A stretch of DNA of 64,000 nt from an uncultured Pseudomonadales bacterium (GCA_964607285.1 CAZSJW010000001.1:250555-314554); one strand, 5' to 3'. Positions 49,171 to 59,973 are shown, numbered from the stretch's first letter. Translations and numbers: made by a program. The notes: generated by a model from the sequence alone, not told the origin.

Positions 49171-50391
49171 GTGGGATATACAAATGCAGCAATTAGCGGA
49201 TTTAGTTGGCAGACAGTGCTTAAGGTAGCCACAGCAGGTATCACACTTGCTAAGATAGCGGTACTAGCTAGACTGCTTACCCCAGACCAATTTGGTCAAT
49301 TCTCACTGGTGAGTATTGCGCTTGGCCTGTCTGAGGCCGTCACCGAAACAGGCATCAATGTAACCATCCTCCAATCAAAGCACTCAATTGAGTACTTTGT
49401 AAATACTGCATGGGTTGTTGCAATCTGTCGAGGACTACTTATAGGGTGTTTGATGGTACTGCTTGGCATTGGGATGAGTGAGTACTACGCAGACTCAACA
49501 CTTGCCCTGCTCGTGGCTGTAGCAGCTCTTATCCCTGTAATAAAGGGATTTATTAATCCCGCCATTATTCATCTACGCAAAGAGCTCAGATTTTTTGCTG
49601 ACAGTAGCTTTCGTTTCTCGCTAATAGTTGTAGATGCCGTGCTAGCAATTATATTATCCCTAGTAATGCCTTCTGTCGCCGCTCTAATTTTGTCTATGAT
49701 TGGCGCAGCACTCTTTGAGGTAGCATTATCATTCATAGCTCTGGGGCTACGACCAAAGTTTGTAGTTGTGCCATCGAGACTCAAAGAAATACTAGTGAAT
49801 GGCAAAAACTTGACCCTAGCAACTGCACTCACATACTTGAATGAGAATATGGATAACTTAATTGTCGGCAAATTGCTTGGCACCTACAACTTAGGGCTCT
49901 ATCACAACGGATATCGCCTAGGACATAAACCAAACGCTGAGCTGGCGAGTGCGGCAAATCATGGCATCTTTCCAGTTTTTACCAAAATCGGGGAGGACGC
50001 AGTTCGCTTGCGCAGAGCCTTCTATCGCACGGGCATACTAATTTCACTGTTAGCACTGGTGGCTTCACTCCCATTACTCATCCACCCAGAATTCTTTGTG
50101 CAACTTGTCCTCGGTGATCAATGGCTGGCTGTGGCACCAGCACTACCATGGTTTACACTTGCAGGTTTTATGCAAGCACTACATGTAGTTGGCTACTCTG
50201 TCCTCATTACTAAAAAGAGGTATTCCATGCTCAACTGGCATCAGCTAGGCACTGTCTTGGCTACTACTGCTGCACTCGTAGTATTGTGTCCTCTCTACGG
50301 TGTGGTAGGTGCTGGCATAGCTGTGTTCTTGGGGAGGCTGCTGTTTTCACCCCTCTTAGGGTATGGAGTGTACAAAAGCCTGCACACATGA
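49171..50391 (+). CDS. Polysaccharide biosynthesis protein / Wzx-like oligosaccharide flippase (polytopic)
   Basis: 406 aa with ~12 hydrophobic segments. N-terminal region typical of the PST family, and adjacent to glycan genes. This is a family-level call from topology. Confidence 0.5.
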   Translation: MGYTNAAISGFSWQTVLKVATAGITLAKIAVLARLLTPDQFGQFSLVSIALGLSEAVTETGINVTILQSKHSIEYFVNTAWVVAICRGLLIGCLMVLLGIGMSEYYADSTLALLVAVAALIPVIKGFINPAIIHLRKELRFFADSSFRFSLIVVDAVLAIILSLVMPSVAALILSMIGAALFEVALSFIALGLRPKFVVVPSRLKEILVNGKNLTLATALTYLNENMDNLIVGKLLGTYNLGLYHNGYRLGHKPNAELASAANHGIFPVFTKIGEDAVRLRRAFYRTGILISLLALVASLPLLIHPEFFVQLVLGDQWLAVAPALPWFTLAGFMQALHVVGYSVLITKKRYSMLNWHQLGTVLATTAALVVLCPLYGVVGAGIAVFLGRLLFSPLLGYGVYKSLHT

Positions 50392-51149
50392 AACATACAG
50401 AACACTCAATCACAGTCTGCATTCTTACCCACAGGTCTGACTCACTATTCCTACAATCACTTGAATCTTCCCAATTTGCCCCTGAAGTACTCATCTTGGA
50501 TCACGCAAGTAATAATGACTGGCAAGCCTTAGCAAAAAGGTTCAGATTCACAGTAAAAAAACTGGACTCTACATCCATCAGCAACTTTGGAGCAGTGCGA
50601 AATCTAGCATTGGAGGTTGTGACCACGGATTGGATTTTTTTTCTTGATAGTGATGAGTCTGTCTCGCCAAATCAAGCAGCTGTTCTCCTCACACTACTGG
50701 ATAACCCCAAAGCTGCAGGATACACAATAACAAGGAATGATACTTTTTTAGGTCAACCCATTCGCCACGCTGAGGGTACAATCCGATTGACTAGGCTTAT
50801 GAGAAAAAAGCGAGCCAAATTTGTAGGCAAGGTGCATGAAAAACCGACCATTTCTGGCGGTGTCTTTCACAGTTCGGTGCACATAGCACATCATCCACAC
50901 ATTTCTATTACTTCATTCATTAACAAAGTTAGTTGGTACTCACGGCTAGCTGCAGCTGAAAAACAATCAAGTGCTGCACAAAATTTCTTGGAATTACTCT
51001 GGTATCCTCTTGGCAAGTTTACATACAATTACTTTGTAAGAGCAGGATGGCGAGATGGTTGGGCAGGGCTATCCTACTGTTATATCATGAGTCTGCACTC
51101 ACTTTTTGTAAGAATAAATTGGTATGAAAAAAATATTGTACAAAACTAA
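50388..51149 (+). CDS. Glycosyltransferase family 2
   Basis: ICILTHRSDSLF..., acidic motifs LILDHASNND and FFLDSDE (DxD). Start at the ATG at 50388, overlapping the upstream stop; the track starts at 50286. Confidence 0.6.
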   Translation: MKHTEHSITVCILTHRSDSLFLQSLESSQFAPEVLILDHASNNDWQALAKRFRFTVKKLDSTSISNFGAVRNLALEVVTTDWIFFLDSDESVSPNQAAVLLTLLDNPKAAGYTITRNDTFLGQPIRHAEGTIRLTRLMRKKRAKFVGKVHEKPTISGGVFHSSVHIAHHPHISITSFINKVSWYSRLAAAEKQSSAAQNFLELLWYPLGKFTYNYFVRAGWRDGWAGLSYCYIMSLHSLFVRINWYEKNIVQN

Positions 51150-52341
51150 TGCTCAAAACACTGTGCTGGTGCACCATAAAGTACTACTCTGGCTGCTCAT
51201 TGGACTACTTGCTCTAGGACAGCTGCAGCGCATACAGCTAACCACCACTGTTGCTGGTTATATGCATGAAATCATACTGGCAGCAATGCTAGCTATCTTT
51301 CTAATTGAAAATCGAACCAATCGCTCAAATCTTTTTTCTATGTTTTCTCATGTAGCACATTCCCCTTTGATCTGGTTTATAGGCTGGATCGGTATTTGGA
51401 CTAGCATCAATGCCATTCTTCAGGCAGATATTGTTCCCTTGCTGTATTTGGGTAGACTTGGGTTACTGGCTATGAGTGCAGTAAGTATTCACCTAACGTT
51501 TCAGTCAAATCGAACGTACTTACACTACTCGTTACTAGCGCTGGGTTGCATATGGGCAGTGTTGGGTGTGCTTCAGTATCTATTTATTCCAGATACCCGT
51601 TTCCTTCTGATTCTAGGCTGGGATGAGCATTACTACAGACTTATTGGCACAGTTTTTGACCCTGCCTACATGGGCATACTTATGGTACTTGTAAGTATTT
51701 TTTTATTTTCTGTACTCTCTAAAAAACCTACTCTACAAAAAACAATGCTAGTTTGCCTGTTCTCAGCGGTTTGCGCACTAACATATTCAAGAGCAAGCTA
51801 CGGTGCACTCGCAATAGCGTATCTTGGCGTCTTGATCGTACAAAGAAAAACTGCTGTCTTTCCTGTGCTTGTCAGCGCGGTAATAGCTGTTGTCATAGTT
51901 TTTGTAGCACCAAAACCTGGTGGGGAGGGAGTGATCCTGACCAGAACCGCAAGCATCACTGCACGAACAGGACAAGCACAACAGCTTTTGCAAAACTTGC
52001 AACCAATGCAAGTACTCTGGGGTGAAGGTCTATTTTCAAAGCTAACAATAGAAGAATCCAAACAGGCAACCGTATTAGGTATTCCACAACACGCACGTGT
52101 GCCTGACAACATCTTATTGTTGCTTTTCAGAGGCACTGGTTTGGTGGGCTGCACATTCTTACTGTACGGTATCTGGAAACAATTTCACCAATTAGTAGAA
52201 TCATTGCCATACCTTACCATTGCACTCGCCAGCACCATCTGGCATAGCCAATTTAACAATACGCTGCTACAACCCTTTGTGCTGTTATTTTTGTTGCTTG
52301 GATTTATGCCCACACTTGAAAAATTTACAAACGGAAAGTGA
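51124..52341 (+). CDS. O-antigen ligase/polymerase-like polytopic membrane protein (Wzy_C-like)
   Basis: About 10-12 TM segments with a large loop containing ...YSRASYGALAIAYLGVLIV... Follows the flippase and GT2. Confidence 0.4.
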   Translation: MKKILYKTNAQNTVLVHHKVLLWLLIGLLALGQLQRIQLTTTVAGYMHEIILAAMLAIFLIENRTNRSNLFSMFSHVAHSPLIWFIGWIGIWTSINAILQADIVPLLYLGRLGLLAMSAVSIHLTFQSNRTYLHYSLLALGCIWAVLGVLQYLFIPDTRFLLILGWDEHYYRLIGTVFDPAYMGILMVLVSIFLFSVLSKKPTLQKTMLVCLFSAVCALTYSRASYGALAIAYLGVLIVQRKTAVFPVLVSAVIAVVIVFVAPKPGGEGVILTRTASITARTGQAQQLLQNLQPMQVLWGEGLFSKLTIEESKQATVLGIPQHARVPDNILLLLFRGTGLVGCTFLLYGIWKQFHQLVESLPYLTIALASTIWHSQFNNTLLQPFVLLFLLLGFMPTLEKFTNGK

Positions 52342-53050
52342 CTTTGTATTCCTGTTCCAAAACGTTTCCACCCTGATCGGTAACAGTAAACTTCAAGTTG
52401 TTCTCACCCTCAGATAATCGTATTCTATGAGTAAATGCTCCCTCGCTATCAGGAAAGACTAAGCGATCATTGATAAGAATTCTTGATTTAGGCTCTGTTT
52501 TCCCCGTAATGGTGAGGTCTTGGTTAGCTCTACCCTGAATTTCTTGTCCTTCAGATGGATTCGTAATTTGGATGGAAGGTTTCTCTGTGTCTAGCAACAC
52601 CAAATATGATTTACTGACAGCTGACTCATTTTTTGCTGCATCAATGGCATACGCTGAGACTGTGTTTTCACCCTCTAGTAAAGTGGCATCTATCTCGAAA
52701 TCGCCAGTGTCTTGTATAGTAATCTCCTGATCTCTATTACCATTCAGTAAAAATACTAGCGTACTACCAGCTTCACCAAACCCTGTGATTAGTAATTGAG
52801 CACTGTTTGTGGCTTGGACAGGAGCAGAAACTATTGGTACTTGCGGTGGTAAGGTATCGATGGGGTTGAGAGAACTGGCATCGCTTAGAAATGCATTGAT
52901 TATTCTGATAAACCCAGGAATTACAACAAAAATAAAGCCGAATAGAATCAGTATCGAAGCAATAATCAACAAAAAGGTTTGCTTTACAAGTTTTTGTCGT
53001 TCTTTGCGAACAAGTCGAGACGATGCATATTCGGGTCTTGGGGTTGCCAT
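52325..53050 (-). CDS. Membrane-anchored protein with two tandem Ig-like (Big-type) domains
   Basis: N-terminal TM (LLIIASILILFGFIFVVIPGFI). Two ~90-aa beta-rich repeats ending ...GENTVSAYAIDAAKNES and ...GENNLKFTVTDQGGNVLE. Confidence 0.4.
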   Translation of the reverse strand: MATPRPEYASSRLVRKERQKLVKQTFLLIIASILILFGFIFVVIPGFIRIINAFLSDASSLNPIDTLPPQVPIVSAPVQATNSAQLLITGFGEAGSTLVFLLNGNRDQEITIQDTGDFEIDATLLEGENTVSAYAIDAAKNESAVSKSYLVLLDTEKPSIQITNPSEGQEIQGRANQDLTITGKTEPKSRILINDRLVFPDSEGAFTHRIRLSEGENNLKFTVTDQGGNVLEQEYKVTFRL

Positions 53051-53116
53051 ACTGCGCCAGTATAACTGTTGACCTTGCCAGACGCAAGCGGGGGTACATC
53101 TAGTTGGAGCAAGTGG

Positions 53117-53878
53117 CTATTTATCTTTTTTCGCCCGAATAGCTAGAAACAGCGGAAACTCACTCCTTGCCCTGTTTTCCATCCGTGCCGCTGAACCAGA
53201 GCTACTTTTGTTTGAGATCCATTCTTCAAGTGCGGTCACCGCAAACCCTCGATCTGTAAGCAACCCGACAATCTCCTGCATCGATCTATGAAATGACCAA
53301 GTCACGCTAGAATTTGGTTGCCCAGGGCTCATGGTTATTGGCACTTCTAGCGGGGAGATATATCTGTTCATCCATCGGTACTGCTGTTTAGTGTTTTCAT
53401 CTACCCCCCATCCAGATTGTCTGGGCACTCTAAAGCAAGGGTGATTTAACACAAGCACGATAGTTCCATTCTCGTCTAACATGCGTGTAGCATTGTTTAA
53501 AGCTCCATCCCAATTTCGCATATTCTGCAATGACAGCAAGAACACTGCATGGCTAAAGTGCGATGCATTGGTGAGAAGGGGCTTTGTGACGTCCTTACAT
53601 ACAAATGTGTAATTTTGCTTCTTACAATGCGTACATGCATACTTGATTAATTCAGCTGAAGCATCTATTCCTAGGTACCCAGCAATCTGTGGCAATGCTT
53701 GTGTCAGAATTCCCTGTCCACAACCGAAATCTACCAAGGAGCTAGAAGGAGAAAGTTGCAGCAAGCGTAAAAGACCAGGCAAAATGACCTGCTGGTGGTA
53801 GTAGTGACCATCAGTTCCAACCAACTTGTCATACCAGGAGTTGACTGAGTTCCACGATGTGTTTGGCGGTGCTTTCAT
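53117..53878 (-). CDS. Class I SAM-dependent methyltransferase
   Basis: Motif I LVDFGCGQGILTQAL. 253 aa. Confidence 0.65.
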   Translation of the reverse strand: MKAPPNTSWNSVNSWYDKLVGTDGHYYHQQVILPGLLRLLQLSPSSSLVDFGCGQGILTQALPQIAGYLGIDASAELIKYACTHCKKQNYTFVCKDVTKPLLTNASHFSHAVFLLSLQNMRNWDGALNNATRMLDENGTIVLVLNHPCFRVPRQSGWGVDENTKQQYRWMNRYISPLEVPITMSPGQPNSSVTWSFHRSMQEIVGLLTDRGFAVTALEEWISNKSSSGSAARMENRARSEFPLFLAIRAKKDK

Positions 53879-53915
53879 GCGATTTTTATTCTATATGCAG
53901 CTACACTGAACGGTG

Positions 53916-53988
53916 AGCCTGCGACCGGAATTGAACCGATGACCCGCGGTTTACGATACCGCTGCTCTACCATCTGAGCTACGCAGGC
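53916..53988 (-). tRNA. tRNA-Thr (anticodon CGT)
   Basis: The reverse complement folds as a cloverleaf: acceptor GCCTGCG/CGCAGGC, D-arm GCTC-AGATGGTA-GAGC, anticodon arm GCGGT-ATCGTAA-ACCGC (U33, CGT, A37), T-arm ATCGG-TTCAATT-CCGGT, discriminator U. CCA is not encoded. Confidence 0.8.
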
Positions 53989-54193
53989 AAGAAAAGAGAA
54001 GCTGATATATTGTACCGCATTTTTATATCTTACGACTTGTATCTATCATGAAGAGATTAAATTTGTTTTAGTGACCAGACTTGGCAACATTTCACTGGAA
54101 AAGATATGCCACTTAATTCGGACAGTTTTGTCCTTTATTCATACTCAGTTTTAATGAATTTCTCACAAACCAAACTTAGAATGAACTCAGAAT

Positions 54194-54766
54194 ATGCTTG
54201 ATACTCTAAAGCAAACCGACGCAAACAGTCAGTTTCGAACTAGAAACATGGCTTTTTTTGCTTTAACTGAAGTTGCAGTACTCACTGTATTGCTTCTCAT
54301 TGCAGTAACTTGGTCACGACCCGATGCTGATAAACAAACTGTAGTAGTTTCACCATCAGCGAGTCCGATTGAACTGCAAGAACCATCAGCAACAACTTAC
54401 ATCGATGATGACCGCACTACTCCAACAGCAAAAGAAGCACTCCTAGAAAATATTATTGAAGACCCAGAGGCATATACTGGTCAACAGGTGACAGTCACCG
54501 GTGTTGTGAATGTTGTCTATACAGATAGAGCATTTTTACTTGATGGACCAGGGCTGATAAATGATACTATCTTGGTGATCAGTAAGACCGCATACAATGT
54601 AGAGTCTTTTGAATCTGTTGCAGACACCACTAAAACAAGTATTACTATTTCTGGTACAGTAGGGGTATTCGACCTGGCAACTGTTGAGTCGATGCTGAAT
54701 TCAACTCTATCTTCTGCCCAGCTTGACACTTTTGCGAGAAAACTTTTATCCTTGTTGATTCTGTAG
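54194..54766 (+). CDS. Hypothetical membrane-anchored protein (190 aa)
   Basis: N-terminal TM (MAFFALTEVAVLTVLLLIAV), then a Thr/Ser-rich extracytoplasmic region. Confidence 0.4.
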   Translation: MLDTLKQTDANSQFRTRNMAFFALTEVAVLTVLLLIAVTWSRPDADKQTVVVSPSASPIELQEPSATTYIDDDRTTPTAKEALLENIIEDPEAYTGQQVTVTGVVNVVYTDRAFLLDGPGLINDTILVISKTAYNVESFESVADTTKTSITISGTVGVFDLATVESMLNSTLSSAQLDTFARKLLSLLIL

Positions 54767-54816
54767 TAGCGAATTCCGAATGATACAGACTGCATATTCG
54801 TACTGAGATATGAATG

Positions 54817-56136
54817 CTACTCAACAAGATGTCTTTCAGAAGGTAAGTAAGCAGTGATTGCAGGTCCGTTTGGTTGCCTTAAAAAAACGGTTGAGAGTTT
54901 TTTTCCCACAAGTAACTTACTTCCACCCTCTACCTTCCATACCCGCTCAATCCTCATCTCTTTTTCAATAATTTTTCGTGATCTTTCCAGTTCAGCTTCA
55001 CGAGATTGGTGGGAATCTTCCTTTTCTGTTGCTCCCGTATCGTTATTTATATATACGCCTTTTTCATCAAGCAGAGCAATTAGTAACGCCAGGTGCAAAC
55101 TTGGAATTCTACTATGCAGAGAAATTGCATTCATGTCGCATATGACAGCCACGTTACGTAGCAGATTCGTACCTTTAATATTCAATGTAAGCAAGTCTAT
55201 CAAATCCATTTTAACTGAAACAACGAGGTGTTTATTATCTTCAATGAATTTCAGTTCGTCATATTCTAGGTATGGTGGTTTTTCTTCGCTCTCTGGGTCA
55301 ACCACTCTGCTAGTGTACGGTCCAGTACTATAGTAGTAGCCCTTTATTCTCTGGATACATTCATCAACATCCGCTCCCAGACTAGTAGTAACGAAAAGTA
55401 CATTGCCATCTTGAACAGCATGTTCAAAGTGCTTTGCCAATCTAATCCAACTAACACTCAACATACCTCCCACATCTAGCATGATAAGCGGAAAGTCTGT
55501 CAGTTTTTTCTCTTTTAATCGTTGTTGGATAATGCTTGCAATCGTGAGCTCTTCGCCAATGAGCTCACCAAACTCTACATCCTCTGGCAATTCCTGTGCC
55601 TGCAGCCAAAATTTTCTTTCTAGGCTCGCTGAAGTATTGTCATTCGGTATCCAAACTGCTTTAGCGCTACCATATTCTCTCCCATAATCTCCGTCACCCA
55701 GTGGCCAATCTAGCTCTACTTTTTTCATTTCCAGCTCAAACTCATGATTTTTCTTAGCACGTTCCTCAAATGCGGATAGTTGATGCAAATGAGCAAAACC
55801 CGCAACTGTTTGCTTTCCTGCTAACACAAATGCTATTTCTTCTTCCGATAAATTAATTTTTTTGAGTAGCTTGATATCAGCGCTACTCAGTGGGCAAACT
55901 GTTCTCATACCCTCGTCATCAACCACAGATTTTTGCAGGCTTTCTACAAGTTTAATTTCAGATGAACTAAGATGTACTGCAGTTTGCGTGTTCAAGTTTG
56001 GCATGATTTCATTCCTATCAGCAAAGAATGAAAAGCTCTCAACCTGATTCAGTTCCTGTTCACTCAGCTGTGATCTTCCATACGTTTGATCACTAGCTAA
56101 GTATTGTTTACCTAACAAACTCATTTCGTTTTTCAT
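54817..56136 (-). CDS. Hypothetical protein (439 aa) with short N-terminal internal repeats
   Basis: Repeats LSSSEIKLVESL / LSSADIKLLKKINLSEEEI. Central Rossmann-like stretch LIMLDVGGMLSVSW...VLFVTTSLGADVDE. No family recognised. Confidence 0.45.
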   Translation of the reverse strand: MKNEMSLLGKQYLASDQTYGRSQLSEQELNQVESFSFFADRNEIMPNLNTQTAVHLSSSEIKLVESLQKSVVDDEGMRTVCPLSSADIKLLKKINLSEEEIAFVLAGKQTVAGFAHLHQLSAFEERAKKNHEFELEMKKVELDWPLGDGDYGREYGSAKAVWIPNDNTSASLERKFWLQAQELPEDVEFGELIGEELTIASIIQQRLKEKKLTDFPLIMLDVGGMLSVSWIRLAKHFEHAVQDGNVLFVTTSLGADVDECIQRIKGYYYSTGPYTSRVVDPESEEKPPYLEYDELKFIEDNKHLVVSVKMDLIDLLTLNIKGTNLLRNVAVICDMNAISLHSRIPSLHLALLIALLDEKGVYINNDTGATEKEDSHQSREAELERSRKIIEKEMRIERVWKVEGGSKLLVGKKLSTVFLRQPNGPAITAYLPSERHLVE

Positions 56137-56236
56137 ATAATTATGGTATCACTCATTTTTCGTTCAGATGCTAGAACAGAGCTGGGTGAAGAATAAGGGC
56201 GCAAATCAGAATTGAGAAAGTTGAATAGCAACAGTA

Positions 56237-56310
56237 TGGAGCGGGATACGGGAATCGAACCCGCTTCTTATCCTTGGGAAGGATACATACTACCAGTGTA
56301 CTAATCCCGC
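56237..56310 (-). tRNA. tRNA-Gly (anticodon CCC), CCA encoded
   Basis: The reverse complement is GCGGGAT-TA-GTAC-ACTGGTA-GTAT-G-TATCC-TTCCCAA-GGATA-AGAA-GCGGG-TTCGATT-CCCGT-ATCCCGC-T-CCA. Anticodon loop U33-CCC-A37; discriminator U. Confidence 0.8.
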
Positions 56311-56397
56311 TAGAAATCACGTCTATTGTAACACTGCTCACTGCAACCAACAATTTTTACAGTACCGTTTTCCCTATTCTAGAAATGGGAGAAGTGT

Positions 56398-58440
56398 TTG
56401 TATACTGAGTGCATGAGTGAAAGCCCACCAAAGATATTGGGTCGTTCTTTTGAGGCTTCCCAAAAAATCTCCACTGCTAGTAGAGAAGGGAGTACCTTGG
56501 CGCAGCTCGCAAGACAAGAGGGCTTACCAAGCAGCGAGGCGACAGAGCTGACATATAGAAAAGAGCTACTCAAGCAAGAACATTTGCAAGAGATTTGTTT
56601 GATGCAAGCGCGAGCCTTACAGTTTGTATTCGATGTCGCAATAGAAAATCCTCACATCACTAAGCAGGAGCTTATTGACCTGCTGAAAAACTCAGCAGAC
56701 GTAGTACAACCACGATTCCTGGAGCAATTGGCTGAAACTGTTACAACATGTGCTGCATCTATTGAATCACTGCGTAGGGAAGTCATTCATGACGACACAG
56801 AAATTCAAGACAATCAGCGATTCACTGAAGAGGTTTTTACTAGTTTGGTAACTCCAGCGTATGTCACCAAAAAGGGTTTGTCCTCTGAGGATGTACTAAG
56901 CCTGACCAAGTTACCTCATACAGTAGTGTTTACTAGCTTTGGACTTATCTTGCATGTATACAATGAAGAGGCTTTCTCAATTTTATGGCAACCACCTATC
57001 GCTGGTGTAGTTATTGCATCGCATACGCTTACTTACAAAGCGAGACAATCACAGAATGAAAAAACACTCATTCTACCGATCACTGTAATTAGTGGTCAAA
57101 ATCAAACCATGGTCATTGACCATGAGCAAGCGCACTCTGAGTACAACGCACTTGTTGACACCCAAAAGATACTAGATGTAGAAAAGAAGAGTTCAAGTTC
57201 TAGTGAAACAAAAGTAGCTGCAGAGATGGTTGTGAGTCAAGAAACTGATGTTACATCACTGACTGCAGAACTTGCACAATTAGTAGAACTACTCAGATCA
57301 GATCCAAATAATATATACAGTGTGCGAAAACAACCAGCTTTTCTTGCGGCTATAACATATGCATTACACAGAGCCAAAGATGAGTACATAGCAGACATGA
57401 AGCCAAAGGAAGGAGATGCAAATGGCAGATATAACATCTTGACTGATGAGTTTGGACCCTACAATTTTTTTTCATCTGCACTCAAAGTCGGTTCACGAAC
57501 ACCCTTGATGACAGAACTTTGGGATGTATATGCCCCACTGCTAGAGGAATACACAGCATCTGCCCGTTCTCTATATCGCTTTTACTCATCAGATTCAACT
57601 TGGGCACAACGAAAAGAACTCTTCCGCTTAGTGCTTGTTCAGTTCCCGATTGATCAGTGGGAAAGTCAGCTAGACCGCCTTGGTTTCATGAGAGAACGTG
57701 AATTAGCAACCTGTGCTGAGGCCGCTTCATTTGCCTTCAACATGGAGCTTTCTGCTCTAAATGGACTAACTGATGAGCATTTGATCTATCAGAAATTTTT
57801 CAGGCCCCACCTACAGCGATTTGATCAGATTTCGGAAGAAAATACACATGCGATAACCAAGAACCAATCGTATTCACGGCTGTCTGTTCTTTCTCAATCA
57901 AAAGAGAAAGTTAGAGCAGTACAAAATGAAATTAGGCAAACCCCAGAATACCGTTTTCTAAACAGACTGCAAGCATTCAGGAACATGGCACATGAAATTG
58001 AAAACAATATACATGAACTTTCAAACAGCATCCCCAGAAACTTTGCAAACATACAGGAGCTCGATCATCAGCTACAAATCCTTATCCAAAAACTGAATCA
58101 AACTGTCAAGTTTTCTGCTGATAGTACTCAGATGGAAGCTGCACTCATTCCCATAGTTGAGGAAATCCTACCACTCCATCAAAAATGTAAATCTATTGCT
58201 GATGCTATAACAACAATGCAAAATGCGGAACTGCTTGCTGAAGAGAAAGCTGCTGAATGGAGTATCACTCTGCCTAGAAAAGAACGACATATCCGAGAGA
58301 GTATTTTTTTTGCACACTTGCGAAAGTTGGAAGACAGCTTTTACGACAGAATCAAAGATCTTCCAGATTCAGAAGGCCTTATTCCAGAAGTGGCAAAGTT
58401 TGTCTCAGAGGTAGAGTCATACTTGGATACTGCTGGTTAG
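56398..58440 (+). CDS. Hypothetical protein (680 aa, helical, no recognisable domain)
   Basis: TTG start at 56398 preceded by the SD GGGAGAAG; first ATG at 56413. Divergent from tRNA-Gly. Confidence 0.45.
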   Translation: MYTECMSESPPKILGRSFEASQKISTASREGSTLAQLARQEGLPSSEATELTYRKELLKQEHLQEICLMQARALQFVFDVAIENPHITKQELIDLLKNSADVVQPRFLEQLAETVTTCAASIESLRREVIHDDTEIQDNQRFTEEVFTSLVTPAYVTKKGLSSEDVLSLTKLPHTVVFTSFGLILHVYNEEAFSILWQPPIAGVVIASHTLTYKARQSQNEKTLILPITVISGQNQTMVIDHEQAHSEYNALVDTQKILDVEKKSSSSSETKVAAEMVVSQETDVTSLTAELAQLVELLRSDPNNIYSVRKQPAFLAAITYALHRAKDEYIADMKPKEGDANGRYNILTDEFGPYNFFSSALKVGSRTPLMTELWDVYAPLLEEYTASARSLYRFYSSDSTWAQRKELFRLVLVQFPIDQWESQLDRLGFMRERELATCAEAASFAFNMELSALNGLTDEHLIYQKFFRPHLQRFDQISEENTHAITKNQSYSRLSVLSQSKEKVRAVQNEIRQTPEYRFLNRLQAFRNMAHEIENNIHELSNSIPRNFANIQELDHQLQILIQKLNQTVKFSADSTQMEAALIPIVEEILPLHQKCKSIADAITTMQNAELLAEEKAAEWSITLPRKERHIRESIFFAHLRKLEDSFYDRIKDLPDSEGLIPEVAKFVSEVESYLDTAG

Positions 58441-58515
58441 TTCGCTGCTGCACTACTACATTTTATTTGTAGCAAAATCAGTGAAAGAGTACTCTCTGCT
58501 TAGAGAGCACAGTCT

Positions 58516-58900
58516 CTAACTGTCTGTATTAGTACGTTCAGCTTGATAGTACTTAATCAATTCTTTATCGTAGGCGATACGATTGCCTTGATACAGCACC
58601 TCTTTTGCAGAAGCTAAATCAGGAAACGATATGCGAAAAGTAGTGAGTGTCCATTTTATTAACTCGAATACCAATCTGTTCTTTTTACTTCGAGAATCTT
58701 CAGTACTACCATAACGGTTGATATCAGCATCAATATGTGCCAACTCTCCAACTGTTCTTACTATTTCAGGTTGTTGTAAGCCAAGATCAGTAATTAAGGT
58801 TACTAAATATCCGCACCTCGCAGCGCATCATACCGTAAACTTCCTGAGAGTGTCACAGTTCCTTGATATTGTTCAGTACCTATACCAGTCTCTTTAACCA
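58516..58900 (-). pseudogene. Decayed gene remnant: two short minus-strand reading frames (about 32 aa MVKETGIGTEQYQGTVTLSGSLRYDALRGADI*, then 75+ aa ...LAHIDADINRYG...) that join with a 1-nt shift
   Basis: A stop closes one frame 6 codons before the other opens. The downstream frame starts only with TTG. The region sits in ~0.9 kb of otherwise non-coding DNA. Confidence 0.25.
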
Positions 58901-59332
58901 TAGAATGCCTTTGATTTGTAAGTACTGAGAACAAGTATAGCAAACTACAAGATCAGTATATTGCACCTATTGATGCTTTTACTTAAGAAGATTCTGGTAA
59001 ATTTTTCACTATATAGCCTTCATAATTGTTATTGTTTCTTTCTTTACAAGAGGTGGGATTAACAAACCCATCATTGCCATTGCATCCGTAGCAGTGGGAG
59101 CAGCAGCGACTGCGTTGCTATTCATTCCACTTCCCATCGGATTTCAATGGCATTACATTTGGGGTATTGCGGCAATCGCTGCTCTCTTTGGTCACAGATA
59201 CATAGAGTAGCGAAAAAGCATCAAACCAAATCACAAAGCCGACTCAGAAATGGGTCGGTTTTTACTTCTCTAATTTTTTACTGAAAAAATCTAAAAATTA
59301 ACTGCAGACGTAGCAAAAAAAGACTGTCTCTA

Positions 59333-59866
59333 CTATCTCACGTAGTAGTAAAATGCACCATTCTTATGTTCCACGATTATTCTATCTTTGTCCTGATAAA
59401 CATTGGTTACATGCCCTGGCACATACCAAGGACCTACGCTAGCAGAAACAATCTGGACTAAAAGCTTTTTTGCGTTGTCAGTTAACCTGTCATTGTTCTC
59501 AACAAAATCAGTAATAAAACGAGTCTCAAATGCAACCTGAGCTACAAATTCATCTATCACCATTTGTAAATACTCACGAGGATTCTTGGATTCCTTGTCT
59601 GCAGGACGGATATAACGTCTTGCTGATACTGAGTTTGGTTCAAAACTGCCTGTTGAAGCAGGGTATTTACCTCGTTTTTTTCTATCTATAGAATCTAATA
59701 TAACTTTCACAGCTTCTGCTTTGAAGTAGCTATAACCCCATCTATCTTGCATGTCTTTCACCCGCTCAATAATTGTCTCAGGCTTTTCTCCTACATTTAA
59801 CAAGCCTCTCTCTAAACCCCAATCCACAACATCTTGTCTTGTTTCAAATGGTGATTCTACAAACAT
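59333..59866 (-). CDS. Hypothetical protein (177 aa)
   Basis: Intact minus-strand ORF adjacent to tRNA-Asp. No motif recognised. Confidence 0.4.
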   Translation of the reverse strand: MFVESPFETRQDVVDWGLERGLLNVGEKPETIIERVKDMQDRWGYSYFKAEAVKVILDSIDRKKRGKYPASTGSFEPNSVSARRYIRPADKESKNPREYLQMVIDEFVAQVAFETRFITDFVENNDRLTDNAKKLLVQIVSASVGPWYVPGHVTNVYQDKDRIIVEHKNGAFYYYVR

Positions 59867-59973
59867 ACGAAACTTTCTTAGTCATTTGTAAAGATAGGCA
59901 AATTAATATACATCAAATGCAAGTAACAAGTAAGTACAACAACAAATTTTAATTTAATTTTTGTTTACAATTG

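Noticed and set aside
53990-59973. Calling the tRNA-bracketed block an integrated mobile element
   Set aside because: No integrase or excisionase, no detectable att direct repeats of tRNA 3' ends, and no phage or conjugation genes. I report it only as a possible ancient islet.
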